This document shows positions 48,243 through 57,251 of a stretch of 61,848 nucleotides of DNA, one piece after another. The position numbers were made by a program, and so were the translations under genes. The DNA is from Nitrospirota bacterium (GTDB lineage: Bacteria > Nitrospirota > Thermodesulfovibrionia > Thermodesulfovibrionales > SM23-35), in NCBI GenBank assembly GCA_040753955.1, contig JBFMDQ010000005.1, positions 1 to 61,848 of the forward strand, read 5' to 3'. Each line of letters starts with the position of its first letter. Positions within the stretch are counted from its first letter, which is position 1. The notes under the pieces were generated by a model. It saw only the letters and a program-made list of their open reading frames with translations. It was not told where the DNA came from and did not search any database.

Positions 48243-51026
48243 ATGTATATTAAAGTCTTTTATGCCCCCTTCCGGTACAGAGGGTCCACAGAGACCCTGC
48301 TTAAGGCATCAGTTGACAAAATAAAAGGCCCTGATTATTCAATAATCCTTTATATTGCTCCTACACCGAGAAAGGTGAGGGATGCTCAGCGGATATTTCA
48401 TAGACTTACTGGGGGCTGTTACATTCCTCCTGAGATGATGACGATTAAACAACTCTCAAAAAGGCTCTACTCTCTTTACGGAGACAGAAACGTCATATCT
48501 CAGCACCTCATACCTGTCGTAATCTCACAGATTTCTGGTAAAGGGATGGGCTTCGCATCCCTCATTGCAGATTTTATCAATGAGATTAAGCAGTATCATC
48601 CAGGTAAAGGTATCGAAACTATCAGAAAAGAGCTAAAGGCTATTTTTTATGAACTCGGTATCCCTGAAGGGGTCTCAAGCAGGGCGATGGAAGCTATAGA
48701 GATCTTTAAGGCATATCAAGAAATTCTGGAAAGACAGTCTGTTTTGGACGAAGATGATGTGATGGCAGTATGCCCTCGCCTGATTAAAGGGCATAACTGG
48801 AGCCCCGAGACCCTCATACTCGATGGATTCTACGAACTTACCAGTTCAGAAGAGGCAATACTGAAGGCACTGGTCGAGAATACAAAGGACATCCTTATCT
48901 CAATGCCCCATGATATTAATTTTTCAGAAATAACAAATAGTTACGGCAACTTTATAAAAAATAACTTTAGATCTGAAGAGGTCTATTTACCCTGCACCAC
49001 ACCCTTGGTGCGGGGTTTATCTACTGAGGAAAAGGCAATAGACCCCTTTTATTGTCCATATCCTGGAATGGAGGAAGAGGTTGAAGGAATTGCAAGATGT
49101 ATAAAGAACTACTTTATATCAGGAAAGATAAGGGATTTAGAAAAAATAATAGTCGCGTTCCCAAAATTATACGAATATTCAGACATAGTAGAACGCATCT
49201 TCAGAAGATATGGCATACCACACACTATCTCGGTTTCGAAGCCTGCTGGGAAGTCACAGCCCTTTCTTGACCTGATGGCCCTCCTTGAATCTGTTGTAGA
49301 TGATTATCCGAGACTTCCATTCTCCCGATTCCTTTCATCACCTTATTTTAGAAATATGCCTTCAGAATTCAGAGAATGGATTCCTATGCTCTGCCTCAGA
49401 TCAGGGATCATAAAGGGGAAAGACGCATGGCTCAACCTATCAAAGACAGTCAGCAGTCTTCCATCTAAAATCAAGAAAGGACTTAGGTGGGTCTTCAAGA
49501 AACTTGCGCCACTGGAATCTATAAAGAATAAAGGAAATTACAGCCAATATAGTAAAGTTATCGGTGATCTCTTGAATGACCTTGATTTTTCAGGTGTCAG
49601 TAGCCAGGAGGCAGATCTAAAGGAAAAGGCAATTAGCATATTGAAGGAGCTCTCCTTTATTGAAAATCTCACTCCTTATGACTCACGCCTTAAGTTTCAA
49701 GACTTACGCCAATTTATAGATGCCCTCAGGCATATTCTGAATGCCACAGATATGGAGATAGAAGGCACGGGTGTGCAGATTATGGGCTTTTTTGAGCTGA
49801 GAGGAATCGAGCCAGAATATCTTTACTTAGGGGGACTCAAGGAAGGAGACCTGCCATCAAAGCCTGATATTGACTACATATTGCCTGACAGTGTAAGGAC
49901 AAGGTTCGGCCTCATAAACCTGAAAAAATATCTACTCCTGCAGAGATTTATATTCTCAAGGACGATAGAATCAACAAAAAACCTCCACCTCTCCTATCCC
50001 GTAATGGAGGGGGATAGATTTTTCCTTCCCTCCCCATTACTCCCCTGGAATAGAGAGAAAAAAGAGCGGGTTTCGGGAATCTTCTCAAGAGAGGAAGAAT
50101 TATTGGGAAAGGGCAGAAGGCCTTTTGCATCATATATTACGGAGATAGAGGAGGTCGGGGAAAAGTTAATCAGAAATAAGTTTGGAGAAAACTCTTACAT
50201 CAGGGCCACTGACATAGACTCTTACAGGACCTGTCCGAGGAAGTTCTTTATAGAAAAAGTCCTCCAGCTTGAACCCCCGGAGACAAAGGAGTATAAGGTC
50301 GAGGCTATGCTCCTCGGAACCATAGTCCATGAAACAATGCAGCTTCTTTTATCAAAGCCCTTCGCTGACGTCGAAGACCTCAGGGTTAAGGCGGAAGAGA
50401 TAATGGAAGGCCTCCTCTCTGATAAACCTCTCGAAAATTACTGGAAGAAGCTGATTAAAGACACATTCCTTTCTATCCTGCCAGAAATATATGAGCTCGA
50501 GAGCAGCCTTATTGATGAGGGTTATTCATTTATGAAGGCTGAGTTTCCCGTTGAGGGCGAAATTATAAAAGGGATAAGACTTAAAGGAAAGATAGACAGA
50601 ATTGATAGAAAAATTCAAAATTCGAAATTCGAAGTTCGAAATTCGAAAGATGTTGTTGAGCTTGTTGATTACAAGACCGGGATAACTCAGATCAGGGGAT
50701 CACAAGTAATAACAAAAGGCGCTACTTTACAGTTATTCATCTACGCAGCATTGATGAAGTTGCTGGGATTTAAGGTAGAGCGTGTGGGCATCTATTCACT
50801 CAAAGACATAAACTTATCATGGATCCCGGGAAAGAGTGACAGGAGGGATGGACGGACAATAGAAGATTATATAGAGGCAACTCTCAGATTTCTTGAGGAA
50901 ACGATATTAAATATAAAGATGGGAAATTTTTCTGCATCTCCATTGAGTGAGCAGACATGCAGGAACTGTTCAGAAAGGCCATACTGTCCATATATACAAA
51001 AAACAGTTATAAGTTATAGGTTATAA
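48243..51026 (+). CDS. addB: AddB/RexB-like PD-(D/E)XK nuclease subunit with Fe-S cysteines
   Basis: YRTCPRKFF and CRNCSERPYC (4 Cys); GKIDRID...VDYKTG...QLFIY; degenerate N-terminal helicase-like domain. Confidence 0.82.
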   Translation: MYIKVFYAPFRYRGSTETLLKASVDKIKGPDYSIILYIAPTPRKVRDAQRIFHRLTGGCYIPPEMMTIKQLSKRLYSLYGDRNVISQHLIPVVISQISGKGMGFASLIADFINEIKQYHPGKGIETIRKELKAIFYELGIPEGVSSRAMEAIEIFKAYQEILERQSVLDEDDVMAVCPRLIKGHNWSPETLILDGFYELTSSEEAILKALVENTKDILISMPHDINFSEITNSYGNFIKNNFRSEEVYLPCTTPLVRGLSTEEKAIDPFYCPYPGMEEEVEGIARCIKNYFISGKIRDLEKIIVAFPKLYEYSDIVERIFRRYGIPHTISVSKPAGKSQPFLDLMALLESVVDDYPRLPFSRFLSSPYFRNMPSEFREWIPMLCLRSGIIKGKDAWLNLSKTVSSLPSKIKKGLRWVFKKLAPLESIKNKGNYSQYSKVIGDLLNDLDFSGVSSQEADLKEKAISILKELSFIENLTPYDSRLKFQDLRQFIDALRHILNATDMEIEGTGVQIMGFFELRGIEPEYLYLGGLKEGDLPSKPDIDYILPDSVRTRFGLINLKKYLLLQRFIFSRTIESTKNLHLSYPVMEGDRFFLPSPLLPWNREKKERVSGIFSREEELLGKGRRPFASYITEIEEVGEKLIRNKFGENSYIRATDIDSYRTCPRKFFIEKVLQLEPPETKEYKVEAMLLGTIVHETMQLLLSKPFADVEDLRVKAEEIMEGLLSDKPLENYWKKLIKDTFLSILPEIYELESSLIDEGYSFMKAEFPVEGEIIKGIRLKGKIDRIDRKIQNSKFEVRNSKDVVELVDYKTGITQIRGSQVITKGATLQLFIYAALMKLLGFKVERVGIYSLKDINLSWIPGKSDRRDGRTIEDYIEATLRFLEETILNIKMGNFSASPLSEQTCRNCSERPYCPYIQKTVISYRL

Positions 51027-51029
51027 GTT

Positions 51030-53867
51030 ATGGAAAAGTATCTGGATATAACAAAGAGTGTCATCATCTCATCCCCTGCTGGTTCAGGGAAGACAGAGAA
51101 GCTTGCAAGGCGATATGTCAGCCTATTGCTTGGCGGCTCTGAAATAGAAAAGATACTGGCAGTCACATTCACAGAAAAGGCTGCAGCAGAGATGAAGGAT
51201 AGGATACTTACTATCCTTGAAAAAGAGGATCCCGATTTATTCCTGAAGGTTCGAGAGAAGATGCCCCTTATGCGCATATCTACAATCCATGCCTTCTGCC
51301 TTAAGTTACTCAAACGTTTTTCAATAGAGCTCGGCCTCGATCCATCACTTGATGTAATAGATGAATTCAGTGCTTCCCTCCTCTGGTCAGAGTCTGTTTA
51401 TGAATGCCTGATAGAGGAGAAAAACAGCCCTGACCTCTTTTTTGAGATGATGAAAAACAGGGGCATAAAAGGCTGGGATGGCCTTTTCAGGCTCCTCAAT
51501 GAATTGCACAGCAGGAGACCTCATTCAGAGCTCTTTTTAAGAGAAAATCACCCTGTCGAGGGAGAGGAAGAAAAGAGGATCCTTGAGTTATATTCACGAT
51601 GTCTTAAACGATATACCGATAAAAAATTCGAGAGACATCTCATTGATTTTGATGACCTTGAGTTACTCACATACGAAGCCCTTATCAAAAACCCGGAATG
51701 GCAGAATATCCTTTATTCCTTTGACGAGCATACAGACCACATACTTGTGGATGAGTTCCAGGATACAAGCTCTCTTCAATGGAAGATTATAGACAGATTC
51801 ACAGAGGAATGGCGGTCAGGCATCGGTGCAAAAAAGGACTCGGGAAAGATACCAACCATCTTCCTCGTTGGAGATGAAAAACAGTCCATATATCTCTTCA
51901 GAGGTGCAAACGTGGGCGTATTTCAGGAGGCAAAGGAGAGATTTTCTGAATGGCTTGGAAGGGAATACTACTTCGAAGAAATAAGGGAAAACTATCGGAG
52001 CCTTCCTGAAATAACAAAATTTATCAACAGCCTTTTCGAAGGACTGATGCACCCTGATCCCGACCCTGAATCAAGTTCAGGGGATTCAGGATATGAAAGC
52101 TGGCGTACCAGGTACGCACCCTTTGAGGCAACAAGACAGGGTGATGGTCGTGTTGAGCTCATTCTCATGGAAGGTGGCGAAGGCACAAAGAAGAGTCGTG
52201 AGCAGGAGGCATCAGTTTTATCAAAGAGGATACAGTCCCTTGTTAATCACTATGAGATATTTGATGGGGACATGAAAAGGCCATGCATTTATGGTGATAT
52301 GGCAATACTTCTCAGAAGGAGAACCCATCTATCTATATTTGAGGATGCATTGAGGAGACATGGGATACCCTTCATTGTTGTAAAAGGTATCGGTTTTTAT
52401 GATGAACCAGAAGTTGCACTACTAAGAGAACTGCTTTCTCTTATTATCGATCCGATGGATGACTACAGCCTATTCTGTATCTTGAGGTCTCCTCTTTTTG
52501 GCATTGACTACAGGACGTTATTCAGACTGATTGATAAAACAGGTGACCGATCCTTGTTAGAGGAGATTCGATCAACAAAAAATAAAAAGGTCGGGGAGGC
52601 ACTCAATCTCATCTCGGGATGGATTGAAAGATCCAGATATACCCCCCTTGCAATGCTTCTTGAGGATGCACTTTCAGAAACAGGAGGCTGGCAATATTAC
52701 TGGGAAAAACAGAGGCATGCAAATATAAAAAAATTCATAAGGCTCATTGAACAATATGAGTCTCAAGGGTTTTCTACCCTTGATATCAGGGAAAAACTCA
52801 TCAAGGCAAGGCAGGGTGATGAGGCAAAGGCAAATATCAACACTGAGGGTATGAATGTTGTAAGGATAATGACCATCCATGCTGCTAAGGGGCTCCAATT
52901 TCCAATGGTATTTCTTCCATCCCTTGATGAGGATAACAGTCCCAGGACCAAATCCATTGTCATTGACGAAGAAGGTGGAAGGATTTCTATAGCATACGAG
53001 GAGGACCCTGCCAAAAGAAAGAAGATGGAATCTTTCTTGAAGAGAAAAGAAAAGGAACTCGAAGAAGAAAAGAGACTTTTCTATGTCGCTGTCACAAGGG
53101 CACAGGATTTCCTATGCATGCTTGGGGCATGGAAAAAGGAGAAAAAGGCCTCAGGACGACTTGCATATATTATTGATACCCTTGAACACCTCTCCTCCCT
53201 AAAAATCATGAATGAATCCCAGATAGATGAGATATACTTTACTTGTAACTCATCACTTAGCACTCATCAGCTGCCTTCAGAGCCATTCATGTCAGAACCG
53301 ATGTACACAGAGCCCATTTCGTATGAGCCTCCATTTAAATGGCGGGATGTCACAGAGGAGATAGATATAAGAGTAAGACATGGTGAGGAATGGGTCTTGC
53401 TTGGAAAGGTCTTTCACAAACTCTTTGAGGAACTCTCAAAAGGGCATATAGGGATTGATGACATAGAAAAAAGGGCATTAATTCTCTTGAGAGCCGAGAT
53501 ATACAACAAAAAAGAGGTAGAGAGAATGACGGAGATTATAAAAAGGGATTTTGAAAGGCTTTCAGTATCAGGATACCTCAAGGATATAGTTTTTCCCCTG
53601 AGGAACTCTCACGCAGAGCTCCCCTTTAACCTGCTGAAAGGAAAAACTATCTTCAGAGGCAGAATTGATAGGATTATCGTAAAGGATAATATTGCCCATA
53701 TATATGATTACAAGACCTTTCCTATAGGGGAAAAGGAATTATCGGAGCTCATTGATAAATACAGATTCCAGATGGATATTTACAGAGAGGCTGTAGAGAA
53801 GATATTCTTCTTGAGGACAAGGAGTTACCTGCTCTTTACCCACATGCCTTTGTTAGTAGAGGTGTAG
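51030..53867 (+). CDS. addA: AddA/RexA-like UvrD helicase-nuclease
   Basis: AGSGKT, VDEFQDT, VGDEKQSIY.FRGA, TIHAAKGLQFP, YVAVTRA; C-terminal GRIDR...DYKT nuclease. Confidence 0.88.
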   Translation: MEKYLDITKSVIISSPAGSGKTEKLARRYVSLLLGGSEIEKILAVTFTEKAAAEMKDRILTILEKEDPDLFLKVREKMPLMRISTIHAFCLKLLKRFSIELGLDPSLDVIDEFSASLLWSESVYECLIEEKNSPDLFFEMMKNRGIKGWDGLFRLLNELHSRRPHSELFLRENHPVEGEEEKRILELYSRCLKRYTDKKFERHLIDFDDLELLTYEALIKNPEWQNILYSFDEHTDHILVDEFQDTSSLQWKIIDRFTEEWRSGIGAKKDSGKIPTIFLVGDEKQSIYLFRGANVGVFQEAKERFSEWLGREYYFEEIRENYRSLPEITKFINSLFEGLMHPDPDPESSSGDSGYESWRTRYAPFEATRQGDGRVELILMEGGEGTKKSREQEASVLSKRIQSLVNHYEIFDGDMKRPCIYGDMAILLRRRTHLSIFEDALRRHGIPFIVVKGIGFYDEPEVALLRELLSLIIDPMDDYSLFCILRSPLFGIDYRTLFRLIDKTGDRSLLEEIRSTKNKKVGEALNLISGWIERSRYTPLAMLLEDALSETGGWQYYWEKQRHANIKKFIRLIEQYESQGFSTLDIREKLIKARQGDEAKANINTEGMNVVRIMTIHAAKGLQFPMVFLPSLDEDNSPRTKSIVIDEEGGRISIAYEEDPAKRKKMESFLKRKEKELEEEKRLFYVAVTRAQDFLCMLGAWKKEKKASGRLAYIIDTLEHLSSLKIMNESQIDEIYFTCNSSLSTHQLPSEPFMSEPMYTEPISYEPPFKWRDVTEEIDIRVRHGEEWVLLGKVFHKLFEELSKGHIGIDDIEKRALILLRAEIYNKKEVERMTEIIKRDFERLSVSGYLKDIVFPLRNSHAELPFNLLKGKTIFRGRIDRIIVKDNIAHIYDYKTFPIGEKELSELIDKYRFQMDIYREAVEKIFFLRTRSYLLFTHMPLLVEV

Positions 53868-53892
53868 AAGAGTCTTTCAAATTCTTCAATTT

Positions 53893-54627
53893 TTAGAGCC
53901 CAGTTCTTACCCTAATTATACCTCCTCTGGCATCATCTCCGACCCAGTATCCAACATTACCTCTGACTGCTATCTCCCCTCCCGTCATCTTTTTCCCCAC
54001 TATATGGCCTGTATTACCTCTGATCAGAATAAGACCGCCTTCCATCCTCTCTCCCACCCAGTTCCGGGTATCACCTTCAATGATTATGCGGCCGCCCTTC
54101 ATCGATCTTCCAAGATAGTTGCCCACATTTCCACTGACCAGGATCTCGCCCCCTTCCATTTCCATCCCAAGGTAGTAAGCCTTATTACCAATAATCTCCA
54201 GCCTTCCGCAACTATGTCTATAACCTAAACCTGATATGCTGGCAGGGTATTTCCTGAGATCAAGTCTGAGGACATCTTTTTCTCTGATTACATCTTTGTA
54301 TAGACCGGAGGTATAAAACCCCAACAATCCACCCCTCATGAAGTTAGACAGGACGTCATTGAAAAGTCTTTCGACCTCCAGAAGATTTACATCATATTCC
54401 TTGGCGGCACTTTTTCCGAAGTTGAATATTTTTTCTACAGTAAAGGGATCTATTTTCCAGCTCGGTATTTTTGATCCCCAGCTCACAAATTCTCTGGCAA
54501 GTTCCTCAACCTTATCGTACTTTAATCCCTCCTCATATCTGCGCCTTCTTTCCTTATTTTCTAAATCAAGAAAGTCGACCCTCAATAGGCTTGGATTTTT
54601 CTCCAGTAGCCTCTTAATGCCCTGCAT
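53893..54627 (-). CDS. Hypothetical protein with C-terminal GXGXG (FwdC/GltB-C-like) beta-helix repeats
   Basis: Repeats of G.YLG..M.GG.I.I.G; frame extends upstream to ATG 54708 through one TAG. Confidence 0.75.
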   Translation of the reverse strand: MQGIKRLLEKNPSLLRVDFLDLENKERRRRYEEGLKYDKVEELAREFVSWGSKIPSWKIDPFTVEKIFNFGKSAAKEYDVNLLEVERLFNDVLSNFMRGGLLGFYTSGLYKDVIREKDVLRLDLRKYPASISGLGYRHSCGRLEIIGNKAYYLGMEMEGGEILVSGNVGNYLGRSMKGGRIIIEGDTRNWVGERMEGGLILIRGNTGHIVGKKMTGGEIAVRGNVGYWVGDDARGGIIRVRTGL

Positions 54628-54725
54628 AAACCCTAAAGCCCTTCCCCACTGCTATGCGGGGTATGTCCTCTTCATCTTTTCAATCTCCATTTTTGTTTCT
54701 TCTTCCATCAGTTACTGAATAGGGT

Positions 54726-56057
54726 TCAAAGTCCTCTCGCGAGACTCTTAAAGAAAGGGTGGTCTACTTTGCCTGCCACATTCTTGATCTTCTCGTAATC
54801 CCCTTCCTTAAGGGCGAGATAGGCCTCTATTTGATAATCCCTGTGTTCCTCCCATCTCCTTTTTACTGACCTTAGCAGCTCATGAATGGCATAAAACTCA
54901 TCAGATGCATCCTTTTCTAACTCCCTGACCTCACCAATTTTTTCATCACTAACAGTGCTCCTGTGCCATAGGGCATAAGGCATGACCGCCATGATATGTT
55001 CCAATGTTACCTCTCTTTCGCCCATGAACCAGGCCAGAACCTTAGAGTATCTGAACAGACTCTGTTCTGCGCGGTTGGAGATATTAAAGAGATCAGCACA
55101 GAGATAATTGGTATAATGGCAGCCATGGCACCTCGAAAAATCCTTTTTTAAAACATAATGACAGTAGATTTCTTGTCCAACATAATCTAAGAAGAGTTCA
55201 GCATCTTCTGAGATTCCTGATTCTGCTATCTCCTCTTTTATCTCCTTTACTTCTTCTCCTCTCGGAATCTGCAAATCAAGCCCTCTGTCTTTCAGCCTCC
55301 TTTCCAGCTCTCCCTTAAATTCCTCAGACCTCTCATTTATATATTGAACCACCTTCTCAGCCTGCCTGGTCTCATTATTTTCTAAAATATACTCAACCAT
55401 TTCTTCTGCAAGCCTCTTGTCCCTTAAGACCTCTTCATCAATTCCCCTTCTGATGAACCTCTTTCTTATAGGATGTAGCATTCCAGTCTCTACGGCTATG
55501 TCAAACCGATCGCATAGAGGGGTAATTAATTTTGTGGTTCCCGTATCCTGATAATTTATAGTCGCAAAAAAGGATTTGGCTGGTTTGAGTATAAGAGTTT
55601 CACCCCTGTAGCTCCAGATGTTCCTATCAACCTCGTTGAGGAGCATATTTTGTTTGCCTATAGGCAGGCGATTTATCTCATCAATGATAACGACAGGCGA
55701 ATAGGGGATTATCTTCCACTTAACCACTTCCCTTCCTTCCTTCTCCAGGGCACCGAGATCCAAAGTAGCCTTCATCTTTTCCTCAGTCTGCTCTGGATGA
55801 CCATGGATGGTAGTCGATTGAACAAATTCCAAAGGGAGCCCTTTGACTAAAGATGAGATCCTCTCACTTGAGCTGGTCTTGCCGCTTCCATACCCACCAA
55901 AGATTAGCTCTTTGCCATCAAGGATTAGGTTTAGAATCCCGAATAGGGCTACAGGATCATATCTTTTATCCCCAATCTCAAAAGTCTCTTCGCCCAAGTA
56001 AAAATAGGAACCAACTGCCTCATAAAGATCCTGGATTTTCTGGCTATTGTTTTTCAT
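54726..56057 (-). CDS. MoxR-like AAA+ ATPase
   Basis: Walker A GGYGSGKT, Walker B IIDEINR, sensor FATIN, Arg finger PLCDRF. Confidence 0.85.
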   Translation of the reverse strand: MKNNSQKIQDLYEAVGSYFYLGEETFEIGDKRYDPVALFGILNLILDGKELIFGGYGSGKTSSSERISSLVKGLPLEFVQSTTIHGHPEQTEEKMKATLDLGALEKEGREVVKWKIIPYSPVVIIDEINRLPIGKQNMLLNEVDRNIWSYRGETLILKPAKSFFATINYQDTGTTKLITPLCDRFDIAVETGMLHPIRKRFIRRGIDEEVLRDKRLAEEMVEYILENNETRQAEKVVQYINERSEEFKGELERRLKDRGLDLQIPRGEEVKEIKEEIAESGISEDAELFLDYVGQEIYCHYVLKKDFSRCHGCHYTNYLCADLFNISNRAEQSLFRYSKVLAWFMGEREVTLEHIMAVMPYALWHRSTVSDEKIGEVRELEKDASDEFYAIHELLRSVKRRWEEHRDYQIEAYLALKEGDYEKIKNVAGKVDHPFFKSLARGL

Positions 56058-56235
56058 TTAGGTTTTCTATTATGTGTTTTTTTATTTAATTATAAAATAT
56101 TTTAAAATATTTTGCGCTGGAACCCTTCCATGCGGTTAAAGGCCAAGGGGTAATGACCTTCGCCGAGGCAGAACGTGGATTGACAATTAGGTGGAGCAGG
56201 ACTTTCTTTCTAATGGGGCAAAAGGTAATTTCAAC

Positions 56236-57234
56236 CTATCTCAGCATATAAAGAAGCATCAGATTAACCACATACACTAATATTATCCCTATAGAATCCC
56301 ATGCTAAAAATAATGGCTTTTTCTCTGCACGATAGGTTAAACCAATAATTGCAATTGTTGTCATTACAATGGCAGACAGGGCAGAGATTATATGGTTTGG
56401 ATTGGCAAAAGAGAGAAGAGGTCCTTTAATGAAAAAAATGTCATCGATAGCCAAAATGAAGATATTAAATATGTTACTTCCGAAGAGGTTGCCAATTGCA
56501 AGGTCTATAGCATCTATTTTTACTGCACTAAAAGATACAACTACCTCAGGAAGAGACGTAGAAAGGGCAATAAAAATATTGCCTACAAATGTCTGGCCCA
56601 GACCCGTGGTCTCTGCAATGCCTTCACCAATCTTTGGCAAAAAAGTAGCAGCACTAATTACGATAATTGCATTGATACCATAATTGATAATGGCTGTCTT
56701 TGTTTGGATATCCTTATATCTCAATTCAACAGCTTTTTCCTTTATAAGGGCAGAAATCTGTCTTCTTTCATAAGAATAGACCAATCTTATAGCAATAAAA
56801 TAAATAAATATGAAAAATAAGCTGTATGGACCGATCCAGCCTAAAGGAGAAACATATTTCCCTAAAAAGATGTTTGCGGCAACCATACTTAAAAGAAGTA
56901 TTCCAAAACCAGCAGAAAGGATATTCCCCTGATATGCCTTTGCAGATATTGGCATTATACGATATATGGCATCAAGAATAGCGATAATTAGCATATTAAA
57001 TACGCAACTTCCAAGGACATCGCCAACAGCAATGTCAGGAACATCAGCATAGGTAACAGAGCTTATTCCAGTAACGAGCTCTGGTAATGAAGTAACAGAT
57101 GCCATAAGCACCAAGCCAATCCAAGCCCTCCCAAGTCCTGTCTTTTCAGCGATGATATCGCCATACTTTGAAAGCCTTGAGCCTGAATAAAAAATCACAA
57201 GCGTGCAGACTATAAATCCAAGCCAGAGAAGCAT
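56236..57234 (-). CDS. Sodium:calcium antiporter (CaCA family)
   Basis: Two alpha repeats (ASVTSLPE...GSCVFN; LSTSLPE...GSNIFN). Confidence 0.92.
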   Translation of the reverse strand: MLLWLGFIVCTLVIFYSGSRLSKYGDIIAEKTGLGRAWIGLVLMASVTSLPELVTGISSVTYADVPDIAVGDVLGSCVFNMLIIAILDAIYRIMPISAKAYQGNILSAGFGILLLSMVAANIFLGKYVSPLGWIGPYSLFFIFIYFIAIRLVYSYERRQISALIKEKAVELRYKDIQTKTAIINYGINAIIVISAATFLPKIGEGIAETTGLGQTFVGNIFIALSTSLPEVVVSFSAVKIDAIDLAIGNLFGSNIFNIFILAIDDIFFIKGPLLSFANPNHIISALSAIVMTTIAIIGLTYRAEKKPLFLAWDSIGIILVYVVNLMLLYMLR

Positions 57235-57251
57235 GTAGACCTTTCAAAAAA

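Noticed and set aside
11657-50645. Short tandem repeats as a CRISPR array
   Set aside because: Units are 7-8 bp with no unique spacers, and no cas genes are present; the AddB PD-(D/E)XK/Fe-S domain is Cas4-like in fold but part of a 927-aa AddB
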